A stretch of DNA of 62,463 nt, filler included. It is 7 parts of 7 records of this genome, joined end to end, with 100 filler letters (N's around TTAATTAATTAA, not from the genome) between each part and the next. Parts side by side here need not be neighbours in the genome. Positions count along the whole stretch, not along the records: positions 24,547 to 33,864 come from SRR31156797_70119; positions 33,965 to 42,125 come from SRR31156797_70158; 5 more parts are not named here. One strand, given 5' to 3'. A program made the translations under genes and the position numbers. The stretch's first letter is position 1. The number at the start of each line of letters is the position of its first letter. Below, piece after piece: positions 30,616 to 40,562 of the stretch. Under the pieces are notes generated by a model. That model saw only the letters and a program-made list of their open reading frames with translations, was not told the DNA's origin and did not search any database.

Positions 30616-32439
30616 ATGTCGTGGCAAGGAAAAATTCTTCGCGTCGACCTGACCAAGGGTGTCTGTACCTCGGAATCCCTGAACATGGAATGGGCGCAGA
30701 AATACTTGGGTCAGCGCGGTCTCGCCGGCAAATATCTGGCCGAAGAGATGAACCCGAAGGTCGATGCGCTTAGCCCGGAAAACAAAATGATTTTCGCGAC
30801 CGGGCCGTTGACCGGTACCGGCGCGGCCACCGGCGGCCGCTGGTCGGTCGTCACCAAGGGCGCCTTGAACAACGCCATATCCGATTCCAACTCGGGCGGA
30901 TATTTCGGTGCCGAGCTCAAGTTCGCCGGCTGGGACATGATCATCTTCGAAGGTCGGGCCAAAAAGCCCGTCTACCTTTATATCGAGGACGACAAGGTGG
31001 AACTTCTGCCGGCCGGCGATTTGTGGGGCAAAACCGTGTGGGAGGTCGAACCGGCCATCCGCGACATCCACGGCGATCCGATGCTCAAAATCGCGTCGAT
31101 CGGCCCGGCCGGTGAAAACGGCGTGCGTTACGCCTGTGTCATGAACGACATGGACCGGGCGGCCGGCCGTTCGGGTGTCGGCGCCGTCATGGGCTCCAAA
31201 AACCTCAAGGCTGTCGCCGTACGCGGCACCAAGGGTGTCGCCGTGCGCGATCCGCAGGCCTTCATGAAGGCGGTAGCCGAAGGCCGCGCCAAGCTCGATC
31301 CGTCGCCGGCGACCAAAATGTTCACCGACGGCGGCACCCTGCCGATGATGGATACGACCAACAAATACGGGATATTGCCGACCCTGAACTGCCGTGAGGT
31401 GCAGTTCGACGGCGTCGAGAGCGTCAACGTCGCCACCATGAAGCGCGTCCGCCCGACCGACGGCAAGGCGAACCTGCTGACCAACAAGGGCTGTTTTGCC
31501 TGCACCATCGGCTGCGGCCGGGTTTCGAAGATGGATCCGACCCACTTCTCGGTCAAGGAACGGCCCGAATATCACGGCGCCTCAGGCGGGCTCGAATACG
31601 AATCGGCGTTCTCGTTCGGCCCGATGGCCGGTGTTACCGATTTCGAAGCCATGACGTTCGCCAATTACATGTCGAACGAATACGGAATGGATCCCATTTC
31701 CCTGGGCGTGACCATTGCCGCGGCCATGGAATTGTTCGACGTCGGTGCCATCACGACCAAGGATACCGGTGGTATCGAGCTCAAATTCGGTTCCGCCGAA
31801 GCCTTGGTCAAGCTGGCCGAATTGACCGGCAAGGGCGAAGGATTCGGCAAGGATATCGGGCTTGGTTCCAGGCGCTTGTGCGAAAAGTACGGCCATCCGG
31901 AATTCGCCATGGTCGTCAAGGGCCAGGAATTCCCCGGGTACGATCCGCGCGGAATGAAGGGCATGGCCCTGGCCTATGCGACTTCCAGCCGCGGTGCCTG
32001 CCACATGCGCGCCAAGCCGTGGGCCGACGATTTCGCCCGCAACACCACCGACGATAAGGCGGCCCTGGTCAAGGCCACCCAGGACGAGGTCAGCGCCATC
32101 GATTCCAGCGGCATCTGCTTTTTCGCCACCAATGTCTGGACCCTGGACGACCTGGCGCCACAGATCGAGGCCGCCTGCGGTGGCGGTTGGACCAGCGAAA
32201 AGATGATGGAAGTCGGCGAGCGCATCTTCAACCTTGAACGCGATTTCAACCTCAGATCCGGCTTGACCAAGGCCGACGACACCTTGCCCGAGCGGTGCCT
32301 CAAGGAAGGCGCCAAGACCGGCCCGGCCAAGGGGTCGGTCGCCGGCCTCGATAAGATGTTGCCGGAATACTATGCGTTGCGCGGGTGGACCAAGGACGGC
32401 GTCCCCACCAACGAGACGCTTGAACGATTGGCGTTATAG
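30616..32439 (+). CDS. aorB: tungsten-dependent aldehyde oxidoreductase catalytic subunit (AOR family)
   Basis: SNSGGYFG, RAAGRSGVGAVMGSKNLKA, CFACTIGC, LEYE, DSSGIC, EYYALRGW. Confidence 0.93.
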   Translation: MSWQGKILRVDLTKGVCTSESLNMEWAQKYLGQRGLAGKYLAEEMNPKVDALSPENKMIFATGPLTGTGAATGGRWSVVTKGALNNAISDSNSGGYFGAELKFAGWDMIIFEGRAKKPVYLYIEDDKVELLPAGDLWGKTVWEVEPAIRDIHGDPMLKIASIGPAGENGVRYACVMNDMDRAAGRSGVGAVMGSKNLKAVAVRGTKGVAVRDPQAFMKAVAEGRAKLDPSPATKMFTDGGTLPMMDTTNKYGILPTLNCREVQFDGVESVNVATMKRVRPTDGKANLLTNKGCFACTIGCGRVSKMDPTHFSVKERPEYHGASGGLEYESAFSFGPMAGVTDFEAMTFANYMSNEYGMDPISLGVTIAAAMELFDVGAITTKDTGGIELKFGSAEALVKLAELTGKGEGFGKDIGLGSRRLCEKYGHPEFAMVVKGQEFPGYDPRGMKGMALAYATSSRGACHMRAKPWADDFARNTTDDKAALVKATQDEVSAIDSSGICFFATNVWTLDDLAPQIEAACGGGWTSEKMMEVGERIFNLERDFNLRSGLTKADDTLPERCLKEGAKTGPAKGSVAGLDKMLPEYYALRGWTKDGVPTNETLERLAL

Positions 32440-32521
32440 GCTTTTTTTGAGGCGGCCGGCGCGAATGAACAGGCGCCGGTCCCCTTTCCCGCCGGTGACG
32501 CCCAATAAAGGAGAAAAGGCC

Positions 32522-33754
32522 ATGCAATACGTCGTTATCGGCGGTGGGCCTGCCGGCGTCACGGCAGCGGAAACACTTCGGAAAACGAACCCCGACAGTT
32601 TCGTCTCCCTGATCGGCGGCGAGGCCGGCCCGCCCTATTGCCGCATGGCCATTCCCTATTACCTGGCCGGAAATATCGAGGAAAAAGGCACCTATTTCCG
32701 AAAAGGCGGCGACGAACATTACGAGCGCCTGGGGATCCGCTATCTGAACGACCGGGTCGAAACCCTGCGTCCGGCCGACCGCAGCCTGTCTCTGGCCGGC
32801 GGCGAAAGCCTGTCCTACGACCGGCTTTTGATTGCCACCGGATCGCGGCCCGCGATGCTGCCGGTGCCGGGCCTGGATACCCCAGGGGTTCATGCCTGCT
32901 GGACCCTGTCCGATGCCCGCAACATCGCCAAACGCGTGAAAAACGGCGGTCGCGTCGTTCTGATCGGGGCCGGTTTTGTCGCCTGCATCATCATGCAGTC
33001 GCTGGTTCGCCGCGGCGCCGAGCTGACCCTGGTGACCGGAAGCTCGGGCCGCATGGTCCGCAGCATGATGGATCCCGTTGCCGGCAACCTGATCATGAAT
33101 TGGTGCCGCGATCAGGGCGTTCGCATTGTCACCGGCTGTCGGGTCGAAGCCATGTATGAAGGGCCTTCGGTCGAATTGAATAGCGGTGAAAAGTTGGATG
33201 CCGATCTCGTCATCGTCGCTTCCGGTGTGCGGCCCAATTCCGAATTCGCCGTCGACGCCGGTATCGGTGCCGACGTCGGCATCATGGTCGACGACTTCCT
33301 GTCCTCCGATACCGACGGCATTTTCGCTGCCGGCGATGTCGCCCAGGGACCGGATTTTTCGACCCGCACGCGCTCGGTTCACGCCATTCAGCCGACGGCG
33401 ACCGAACACGGCAGGATCGCGGCCCTCAATATGGCCGGACATAAGATCGCCTATCGCGGCAGCCTCGGCATGAACGTGCTCGATACCCTGGGGTTGGTTT
33501 CCACTTCGTTCGGGCAGTTCCAGAGCACCGAAGACGGCGAAAGCGCCAGCCAGCTTGATGAAGACCGCTTCCGCTACATGACCATGGCGTTCGATGACGA
33601 CCGCCTGATCGGCGTCAATTCGGTCGGCCAAACGGCCAACATCGGGGCCTTGCGCGGATTGATCCAGAACCGCGTGCGCCTGGGCAAATGGAAAAGCCGC
33701 CTGACGGCGAACCCGTACCGCTACATGGAAGCCTTCGTCGCCTGCACGGCGTAA
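32522..33754 (+). CDS. aorC: FAD/NAD-dependent oxidoreductase subunit of AOR
   Basis: IGGGPAG, LLIATGS, IGAGF, FAAGDVA. AGGAG RBS precedes ATG 32522. Confidence 0.8.
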   Translation: MQYVVIGGGPAGVTAAETLRKTNPDSFVSLIGGEAGPPYCRMAIPYYLAGNIEEKGTYFRKGGDEHYERLGIRYLNDRVETLRPADRSLSLAGGESLSYDRLLIATGSRPAMLPVPGLDTPGVHACWTLSDARNIAKRVKNGGRVVLIGAGFVACIIMQSLVRRGAELTLVTGSSGRMVRSMMDPVAGNLIMNWCRDQGVRIVTGCRVEAMYEGPSVELNSGEKLDADLVIVASGVRPNSEFAVDAGIGADVGIMVDDFLSSDTDGIFAAGDVAQGPDFSTRTRSVHAIQPTATEHGRIAALNMAGHKIAYRGSLGMNVLDTLGLVSTSFGQFQSTEDGESASQLDEDRFRYMTMAFDDDRLIGVNSVGQTANIGALRGLIQNRVRLGKWKSRLTANPYRYMEAFVACTA

Positions 33755-33775
33755 TCCATCGCCAAGTCATAAAAC

Positions 33776-33822
33776 GAAAACCCGGGAACACTAGGGTGGG
33801 GATCGCGCTCCCGGGTTTTCTT
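33776..33822 (+). terminator. hairpin / probable intrinsic terminator after aorC
   Basis: GAAAACCCGGGA-N21-TCCCGGGTTTTC, a perfect 12-bp stem. Confidence 0.6.
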
Positions 33823-33831
33823 CCCCCCGTT

Positions 33832-33864
33832 TAACAGGCTGTTGAAGAACTCTGGAAGGACTGC
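33832..33864 (+). mobile_element. possible IS/MITE terminal repeat at the contig end
   Basis: TAACAGGCTGTTGAAGAACTC resembles, from recall, CAGGCTGTTGAAAAA-type IS termini. The contig breaks just after it. Confidence 0.4.
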
Positions 33865-33964
33865 NNNNNNNNNNNNNNNNNNNNNNNNNNNNNNNNNNNN
33901 NNNNNNNNTTAATTAATTAANNNNNNNNNNNNNNNNNNNNNNNNNNNNNNNNNNNNNNNNNNNN
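33865..33964. other. artificial contig spacer
   Basis: N-run + TTAATTAATTAA + N-run. Confidence 0.99.
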
Positions 33965-34470
33965 CTAAGTTCTCTAATTGAAGTATATGCTAAACCAGCA
34001 CCAACTCCAGATAAAATTCCCAGCCAATCGGTTTTGTCTAAAGTACTTCCATCAAATTTAGAGATAAATAATATCCCTATAAATCCAATAAATACTCCTA
34101 ACCAACCTTTGAAACCAAGTTTCTCTTTTACAAAAATATATGCAAAAATTGCACTAAAAATTGTTGAAGTTTTTGAGAAAGTCATAGCTTCCCCAAGAGG
34201 TATATTTGCAATATTATAAAAAAAGAATAAAAGTGCTAAAAATCCAACAGTTCCTCTAAAGATTAATAATAGCGGTTTTCCTCCACTTTGCTTTAATGGT
34301 GATTTATAAATTGAGATAAGTATTAAAACAACGCCAAATACATTTCTGAAGAAAACAACTTCAATTGAACCCATTGTTCCACTAAGTTGTTTAGCAAAAG
34401 CTCCCATGCAAGCAAACATCAATGAGGCAAACAGCATATACTTTACACCTAAAGATACATCATTTGTCAT
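33965..34470 (-). CDS. DMT/EamA family transporter, 3' truncated
   Basis: EVVFFRN, LLIFRGTVG, FVKEKL; hydrophobic throughout. Confidence 0.88.
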
Positions 34471-34627
34471 CAAAATTCCTTAAAATAAAGATGGCATTTT
34501 ATTTAGTTTCCATTTAAATCTTGGTTATTAAAAAACTTAAGTTGAAAAATTAATATTTTTAGCAACATTTCGATAGAATTGCTTCAATTTTTACAAACAA
34601 AAGGGTTTTTCCCCTAATAGGAAAATA

Positions 34628-35893
34628 ATGGAATATTTAAAAATCACTGGTGAATCAAAACTAAATGGAGAGGTTGTGATTTCAGGTGCAAAAAATGCAG
34701 CGCTACCTCTTATTGCAGCTACAATATTAGCTAAAAATGAAATCTCAATATGTAACCTACCAAATGTAGTAGATATTAATACACTTTTAAAACTAATTGA
34801 CAAACTTGGTGGAAAGTTTACAAAATGCGATGATTGTATCAAAATTGACACTTCAAAACTAAATAAAACAACAGCAACTTACGATATTGTAAAGACAATG
34901 AGAGCTTCAATTCTTGTGTTAGGTCCAATACTAGCAAGATTTGGACATTGTGAAGTATCTCTTCCTGGTGGATGTGCAATTGGCCAAAGACCCGTAGACT
35001 TGCACCTTAAAGCATTAGAAGCAATGGGTGCAAAAATCACAATCAACCATGGTTATATAGAAGCTTCAGCACCAAATGGGCTGAAAGGAACGAAAATTGT
35101 ATTCGATAAAGTTACTGTTGGGGGAACTGAGAATACTGTTATGGCTGCAGCTTTAGCTGAAGGTGTTACAACAATTATTAATGCAGCAAAAGAACCAGAA
35201 GTTCAACAATTATGTGAAGTAATTAGTAATTCTGGTATAAAAATTGAGGGAATCGGTACATCTAAACTTGTTATTCATGGTTCAAATAGAGAACTTCTTG
35301 ATATGCCAGACTTTGATGTAATTCCAGATAGAATTGAAGCTGGTACTTATATGTGTGCAGCAGCAATTACAAACTCAAAATTAAAAATTTCAAAAGTTAA
35401 ACCTCTTCATCTAGAAGCAGTGATTGCAAAACTTGAAGAGATGAATTTTGAAATACTACAAGATGATAACTCAGTTACTATTTTACCAACAGATGAGATT
35501 AAGCCTGTAAATATTATTACAAGTGAGTACCCAGGTTTTCCAACAGATATGCAAGCTCAATTTATGGCATTGGCAACCCAAGCTAATGGAACAAGTACCA
35601 TAGATGAAAGACTTTTTGAAAACAGATTTATGCATGTAAGTGAGTTATTAAGACTTGGCGCAGACATTCACTTAAATGGTAATATAGCAACAATTAATGG
35701 TGCAAAAGATATTTTAAACGGAACAGATGTAATGGCTACAGATTTAAGAGCTTCATCTGCACTTGTTTTATCTGCATTGGTTGCTAAAGGCGAAACATCA
35801 ATACATAGAATTTATCATCTTGACAGAGGTTATGAAGATTTAGAAGGAAAACTTAATAAAATTGGTGCCAGCGTGGCAAGATACAAAGAGTAA
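34628..35893 (+). CDS. murA: UDP-N-acetylglucosamine 1-carboxyvinyltransferase
   Basis: [41 protein letters not shown]. Confidence 0.98.
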   Translation: MEYLKITGESKLNGEVVISGAKNAALPLIAATILAKNEISICNLPNVVDINTLLKLIDKLGGKFTKCDDCIKIDTSKLNKTTATYDIVKTMRASILVLGPILARFGHCEVSLPGGCAIGQRPVDLHLKALEAMGAKITINHGYIEASAPNGLKGTKIVFDKVTVGGTENTVMAAALAEGVTTIINAAKEPEVQQLCEVISNSGIKIEGIGTSKLVIHGSNRELLDMPDFDVIPDRIEAGTYMCAAAITNSKLKISKVKPLHLEAVIAKLEEMNFEILQDDNSVTILPTDEIKPVNIITSEYPGFPTDMQAQFMALATQANGTSTIDERLFENRFMHVSELLRLGADIHLNGNIATINGAKDILNGTDVMATDLRASSALVLSALVAKGETSIHRIYHLDRGYEDLEGKLNKIGASVARYKE

Positions 35894-35938
35894 TTTGGGT
35901 AAAACTTTATCCAAGCTACAAGAAAGTAAAAAGGGTTA

Positions 35939-37042
35939 ATGAATATGAAACTAGAGATCTCACTATTTAGATTTGATTATAAATCAGACTATTTACCATA
36001 CTACACAAAAAACTACATCAAAATTAAAAATGAAAAAACGCTTTTAGATGTTTTGGCTAATATCAATGCAGAATATCCATTTGAGTACAGAAATATAGAA
36101 AACTTTTTATTAGTTGTAAATGGTAAATACACTACAGCATCAGTAAAAATTGATTCTTTAGTAGAAAAGTTTGGTACAGATTTAATAGTTGAACCTATTT
36201 CAATTAGAAGAGCTCACACAGATTTACTTATAAATGAAGCAGACTTTCAAGAAAGATTAAAAGTTTTATCAGAATTTATTGAAGAAGAAGATAAAAAAAC
36301 TTATGAAAGCTACAAGCTTTACTTTTATGCATCTGATACATTAAGTTATGAATACGATTATATTGGTGATGCTATACTACTACTAGCATACGATTTAATC
36401 CAAAAAGACAAATCAAAAGAAAATGAGATTTTAGAAGCTTTAAAACAATACGATGTAGGTGCTTCTTATCATACAAGTTTAAAAAACAAACTATTTGATT
36501 TTGATGATTCAATTGAAGAAAAAATCTCTTATATTAGAGAAAAACTTGAAGTTTCAAAACCTATAAAAGAGCAAAATCTTTTTATAGATAATAAAAACTC
36601 AATCAATTTTGGAGACTTTTCCGAAAACTATTCAATAAAACACAATTTTGAAGATTTTAGAATTGCTTATTATAGTGGTAAAGAAAAAGATTTACAAACA
36701 CAAGAGTTGATTAATAAACTAAATGTTAAACAGATTAATACAAAATCGATGAAAAGTGATTTAGCTCTTGAGACTTTACACAAAAATCCAAACTTTTCTT
36801 TAAGACTTGCATCAACTATTATGTTAGATGCTTTTGATAATGCAGCTGATTTATTAGTTGTAGATAACGAAGATATTTTTTATTTCCTTGACTCTAATAG
36901 AAAATCAATAGCAAAAGTTTCAGGTAGAGATATTTTAACACCAGTAATTCACAAAAATGAACTACAAAAACTAGCTTCAGGTGAACATGATGAATTAAGT
37001 GCTCAACTAAAAAAACATGTAGTTGATCCTGAAATCATCTAA
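35939..37042 (+). CDS. cysteine-free SdhB/FrdB-like plus HdrB-like protein (DUF5644-type)
   Basis: FRFDYKSDYLPYY N-terminus, VEPI...DL, FRIAYY, DAFDNAADLLVV; no Cys in 367 aa. Confidence 0.65.
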   Translation: MNMKLEISLFRFDYKSDYLPYYTKNYIKIKNEKTLLDVLANINAEYPFEYRNIENFLLVVNGKYTTASVKIDSLVEKFGTDLIVEPISIRRAHTDLLINEADFQERLKVLSEFIEEEDKKTYESYKLYFYASDTLSYEYDYIGDAILLLAYDLIQKDKSKENEILEALKQYDVGASYHTSLKNKLFDFDDSIEEKISYIREKLEVSKPIKEQNLFIDNKNSINFGDFSENYSIKHNFEDFRIAYYSGKEKDLQTQELINKLNVKQINTKSMKSDLALETLHKNPNFSLRLASTIMLDAFDNAADLLVVDNEDIFYFLDSNRKSIAKVSGRDILTPVIHKNELQKLASGEHDELSAQLKKHVVDPEII

Positions 37043-37053
37043 AAAGAGGTAAA

Positions 37054-37677
37054 ATGGTATTAGATATAAAATTTATAATTGCAGGAACATTAATAATTCT
37101 TGCACTAATACCATTGTATATCTACAGAAAAACTATATATAAAAAACTTTTCAAATCAAAAACAGATATAAAACCTTTTATTAAATCTTTAAATGAATAC
37201 TTAATAAAAACCTATCCAAGAATAAACTTTAACTTTGACATTGTGGAAAAACTTATTGATGAGAAAGATTTTAAAATAAAACAAATATTGATAATTGAAG
37301 ATTTAGTTAGTCAATTTGCTTATTATGAATATTCACTTGAAACACAAAAGAGTGTCGACCCTGAAAAACTATGGACAGGCTATGATCAAAACTGCAAACT
37401 TTTAAAAGAGAACACTTATCCTAAAGATTGGGCACAAAGAAAAAGCACAGCTTGGGTCAGAGATGATGGTAAATGTAATAGATGTGGAACAAAAATAAAA
37501 ATAGAAAACTCAACCGCCCTACTTGCAAAACAAATGAAAAATGGTGGAGGTTTTAACCTAGAAAATATTGTAATATTGTGTAATGATTGTTCAAAAGTGA
37601 TGAAGTCATCAAATATTGAAAGTACAAAAAAAGATTTGCATATTTTAGATGAACTTATGAAAAAGACTACATACTAG
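37054..37677 (+). CDS. membrane-anchored HNH-like zinc-binding protein
   Basis: N-terminal TM; RDDGKCNRCG...GGG...ENIVILCNDC. Confidence 0.7.
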   Translation: MVLDIKFIIAGTLIILALIPLYIYRKTIYKKLFKSKTDIKPFIKSLNEYLIKTYPRINFNFDIVEKLIDEKDFKIKQILIIEDLVSQFAYYEYSLETQKSVDPEKLWTGYDQNCKLLKENTYPKDWAQRKSTAWVRDDGKCNRCGTKIKIENSTALLAKQMKNGGGFNLENIVILCNDCSKVMKSSNIESTKKDLHILDELMKKTTY

Positions 37678-39103
37678 TTCCTAAAAGATTTTTCAATCTA
37701 TTTTCATGTAGCTCTTTCTCTTTATAGCTTGTTTTACTTAAGCTCTTATTTTTTAATAAAATCAATGCCTCTTTTAAAAAACTATCCTCTAAAGCTTTTA
37801 GTTTAGACAATTCTTTTCTTACAAAAGTGACATTTTTATTTTTTGGCACAATATATGGTGTTATTATTACCATCAAGTTTTTATTTGAACTATTTGTATT
37901 TCTATTTTTAAACAATTCACCTATCAAAGGAATATCTCCTGCAAAAGGTACTTTTGTGATTGTTTTTTCATTTTTCTTTTCTATTAAACCACCAATAATT
38001 ACACTCTCTCCATTGTTTAATATAACTTCTGTTTTGATTTGTTTTTTTGTTGTATCAGGATTTAAATTTACTGATGTTCTATTTTTTATATCTTCAACTA
38101 AAGTATCTATATGTAGGAGAATATTTTTATTATTTGAAACCCGCGGTCTAACTTTTAAAGTTAATCCAATATCTGCTCTTTCAAATGTAGATGAAGTATT
38201 TCCTCCATCTGTTACAGTTGTACCTGTTTGTAAAGATATAGATTCACCTACATAAATAAAGCTTTCTTTATTGTTTAAACAAAGAATAGAAGGTTCTGAT
38301 ATCACATCAAGCGCATAAGTTTTATTTAGAAGATTTAAGCTAGCCCCCAATGCTAAACTAGAGTAAATATTTGGAATATCCAAAGAAACACTTTGAGTGT
38401 CTATATTAATTGAACCTTCTGAATTAAGACTTGAAGAAAAAGTATATAATCCACCAGAATATCTTTTTCCACCTAGTATTCCATACTTTAAACCTATATC
38501 TTCAACTAAATTATCATTTAGTTCAACTATTTTTGCACGGACATAAACTTGATTTTTATTTTTATCAAACTTTTTTATTATAAGTTTCAACTCTTCTACT
38601 TCATCTTTTTCTGCATCAATTAATATAGAATTGTATTCTTCATCAAGAGCAATTATTGGTTTGTTTTTCTTTGGGTATTCTCTTTGAATAATCAAGTTTT
38701 TCAAAACTTCGAAAACTTTTTTAGCTTCTATGTTAGATATGTAAACTAACTCGCTGATTCTATTTTTTTCTTTTTTAGGCAATGTATTATTTTTAATAGC
38801 TTTTATATTTTTGAGAGAATCTTTTTTTACTACTCTATAAATATCTTTATTTTTTACAAGGGTAAAACCTTTTGCCTCTAAACTGTAAATTAAAATATCT
38901 AAAAGTCTTTGTTTTTCGATAGGTTCATTTGAGATAAAATCAACCTCACCCTCTATATTTTCTGTTATAAGTATATTTTTGTTTATTTTTTGGGAGGTTA
39001 TATTTATAAGTTCTCTTATACTCATATCATTAAAATTTATATTTATAAGTTCATTTGAGAAAACAACAGAAACTAAAAATAAATAAGAGAATAAAAACTT
39101 CAT
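37667..39103 (-). CDS. secretin (GspD-like)
   Basis: ININFNDM N0 domain, QVYVRAKIVE, DIGLTLKVRP, KVPFAGDIPLIGELF, VIITPYIV. Confidence 0.9.
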   Translation of the reverse strand: MKFLFSYLFLVSVVFSNELININFNDMSIRELINITSQKINKNILITENIEGEVDFISNEPIEKQRLLDILIYSLEAKGFTLVKNKDIYRVVKKDSLKNIKAIKNNTLPKKEKNRISELVYISNIEAKKVFEVLKNLIIQREYPKKNKPIIALDEEYNSILIDAEKDEVEELKLIIKKFDKNKNQVYVRAKIVELNDNLVEDIGLKYGILGGKRYSGGLYTFSSSLNSEGSINIDTQSVSLDIPNIYSSLALGASLNLLNKTYALDVISEPSILCLNNKESFIYVGESISLQTGTTVTDGGNTSSTFERADIGLTLKVRPRVSNNKNILLHIDTLVEDIKNRTSVNLNPDTTKKQIKTEVILNNGESVIIGGLIEKKNEKTITKVPFAGDIPLIGELFKNRNTNSSNKNLMVIITPYIVPKNKNVTFVRKELSKLKALEDSFLKEALILLKNKSLSKTSYKEKELHENRLKNLLGTSM

Positions 39104-39149
39104 AACAAGCCTTTAATAAATAATATTAAATATTATATTTTAAAAAGAC

Positions 39150-39725
39150 TTATAGATTTATTTTAATCTCCCTTGGAAGTTTTACTTCTAACTCATCTAA
39201 TTGTTCTTTTGTAACTTGTAGAGTTAATTTAACAGCAGAATCAAACTCTTTATTTGAAACAATAATTTCCAAACCATTTATTATATATTCAACTTTTGAA
39301 AGTTCTGAGTAATCTAATTCTAAAGATATTTTTTCTAGTTTTTCATATTTTATAAGTTTTGAACTGTTTATTACATGATTTGCTGCATCGCTATATGCTC
39401 TAACTAATCCACCTGTTCCTAATTTGATTCCACCAAAATACCTTACAATTATCACAGCCGAATTAATAAGTTCATTTCCAGCTAAAACATTTAAAGTAGG
39501 TTTCCCACTTGTTCCTTTTGGTTCCCCATCATCACTTTGATTTTCTACTACTTGTTCAAATTCATTTAAATATCTATATGCATAAACAAAGTGTCTTGCT
39601 TTTGGGTGTTCAACTCTTAACCTATGCATAACTTCATCAAACATATTTATAGGCATAAGGTGTGCAATAAATTTTGATTTTTTCTCTTCTATTACACCAC
39701 TTGTTTCTTCTTTTACAAATACCAA
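39150..39725 (-). CDS. yigZ: YigZ/IMPACT family protein
   Basis: KKSKFI, SDDGEPKGTSG, RYFGGIKLGTGGLVRAY. Confidence 0.93.
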   Translation of the reverse strand: MVFVKEETSGVIEEKKSKFIAHLMPINMFDEVMHRLRVEHPKARHFVYAYRYLNEFEQVVENQSDDGEPKGTSGKPTLNVLAGNELINSAVIIVRYFGGIKLGTGGLVRAYSDAANHVINSSKLIKYEKLEKISLELDYSELSKVEYIINGLEIIVSNKEFDSAVKLTLQVTKEQLDELEVKLPREIKINL

Positions 39726-39854
39726 TTTTTTTATCTATCCTAATTCTTTTATTCTTAATTCTAAAACTCTTTTATATTACCATTTCTTTCATAAATAAAA
39801 TTTAACAAGCACTAATAAATGGATTATTGAGAAACTTTTCACTATAATTACCCT

Positions 39855-40562
39855 ATGAGATTAGACCTTTTTCTAACAGAAAACTTTGATATACAAAGTA
39901 GAAATAAAGCACATGAAATTATAAAATCAAAAAAAGTAAAAGTTGATGGAAGAATCATTACCAAGCCATCATTTGATGTATCTGAAACATCTAATATAGA
40001 ACTTTTGGAAGAAAACTTCTATGTTAGTAGAGCCGCATACAAAATAAAATACTTTTTAGAGGATATAAACCTAGATATCAATGACAATAACGCATTGGAT
40101 ATAGGAAGTAGTACTGGCGGTTTTACACAAATATTATTAGAAAAAAATATTAAAAAAGTAACTTGTGTTGATGTTGGTTCTAACCAACTTCATGAAAGAA
40201 TAAAAGATGACAAGAGAATTTGTTTTTTTGAAAACCAAGATATCAGAACTTTTAAAGCAGATTCAACATTTGAATTAATAACTTGTGATGTTTCATTTAT
40301 ATCTATTTTAAATATTTTAGATGATATTAATAGATTAGCAAGTGATAAAATTATTATACTTTTTAAACCACAATTTGAAGTGGGAACAAATGTAAAAAGA
40401 GACAAAAAAGGTGTTGTAAAAGATAAAATAGCTATAGTTAAAGCACGAGAAAAATTTCTAGACCAATGCCAACTTTTAAATTGGAAATTAATAGATTTTG
40501 CACCAAGCAAAGTAGAAGGAAAAGACGGGAATGAAGAAGAGCTCTTCTATTTTAACAAATAA
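39855..40562 (+). CDS. tlyA: TlyA rRNA 2'-O-methyltransferase
   Basis: S4 domain (MRLD), YVSRAAYK, DIGSSTGGF, DVSFIS, KPQFE, GNEE. Confidence 0.95.
   Translation: MRLDLFLTENFDIQSRNKAHEIIKSKKVKVDGRIITKPSFDVSETSNIELLEENFYVSRAAYKIKYFLEDINLDINDNNALDIGSSTGGFTQILLEKNIKKVTCVDVGSNQLHERIKDDKRICFFENQDIRTFKADSTFELITCDVSFISILNILDDINRLASDKIIILFKPQFEVGTNVKRDKKGVVKDKIAIVKAREKFLDQCQLLNWKLIDFAPSKVEGKDGNEEELFYFNK

Noticed and set aside
20892-39103. GspF and secretin as parts of one secretion system
   Set aside because: They are on different contigs with very different base composition.
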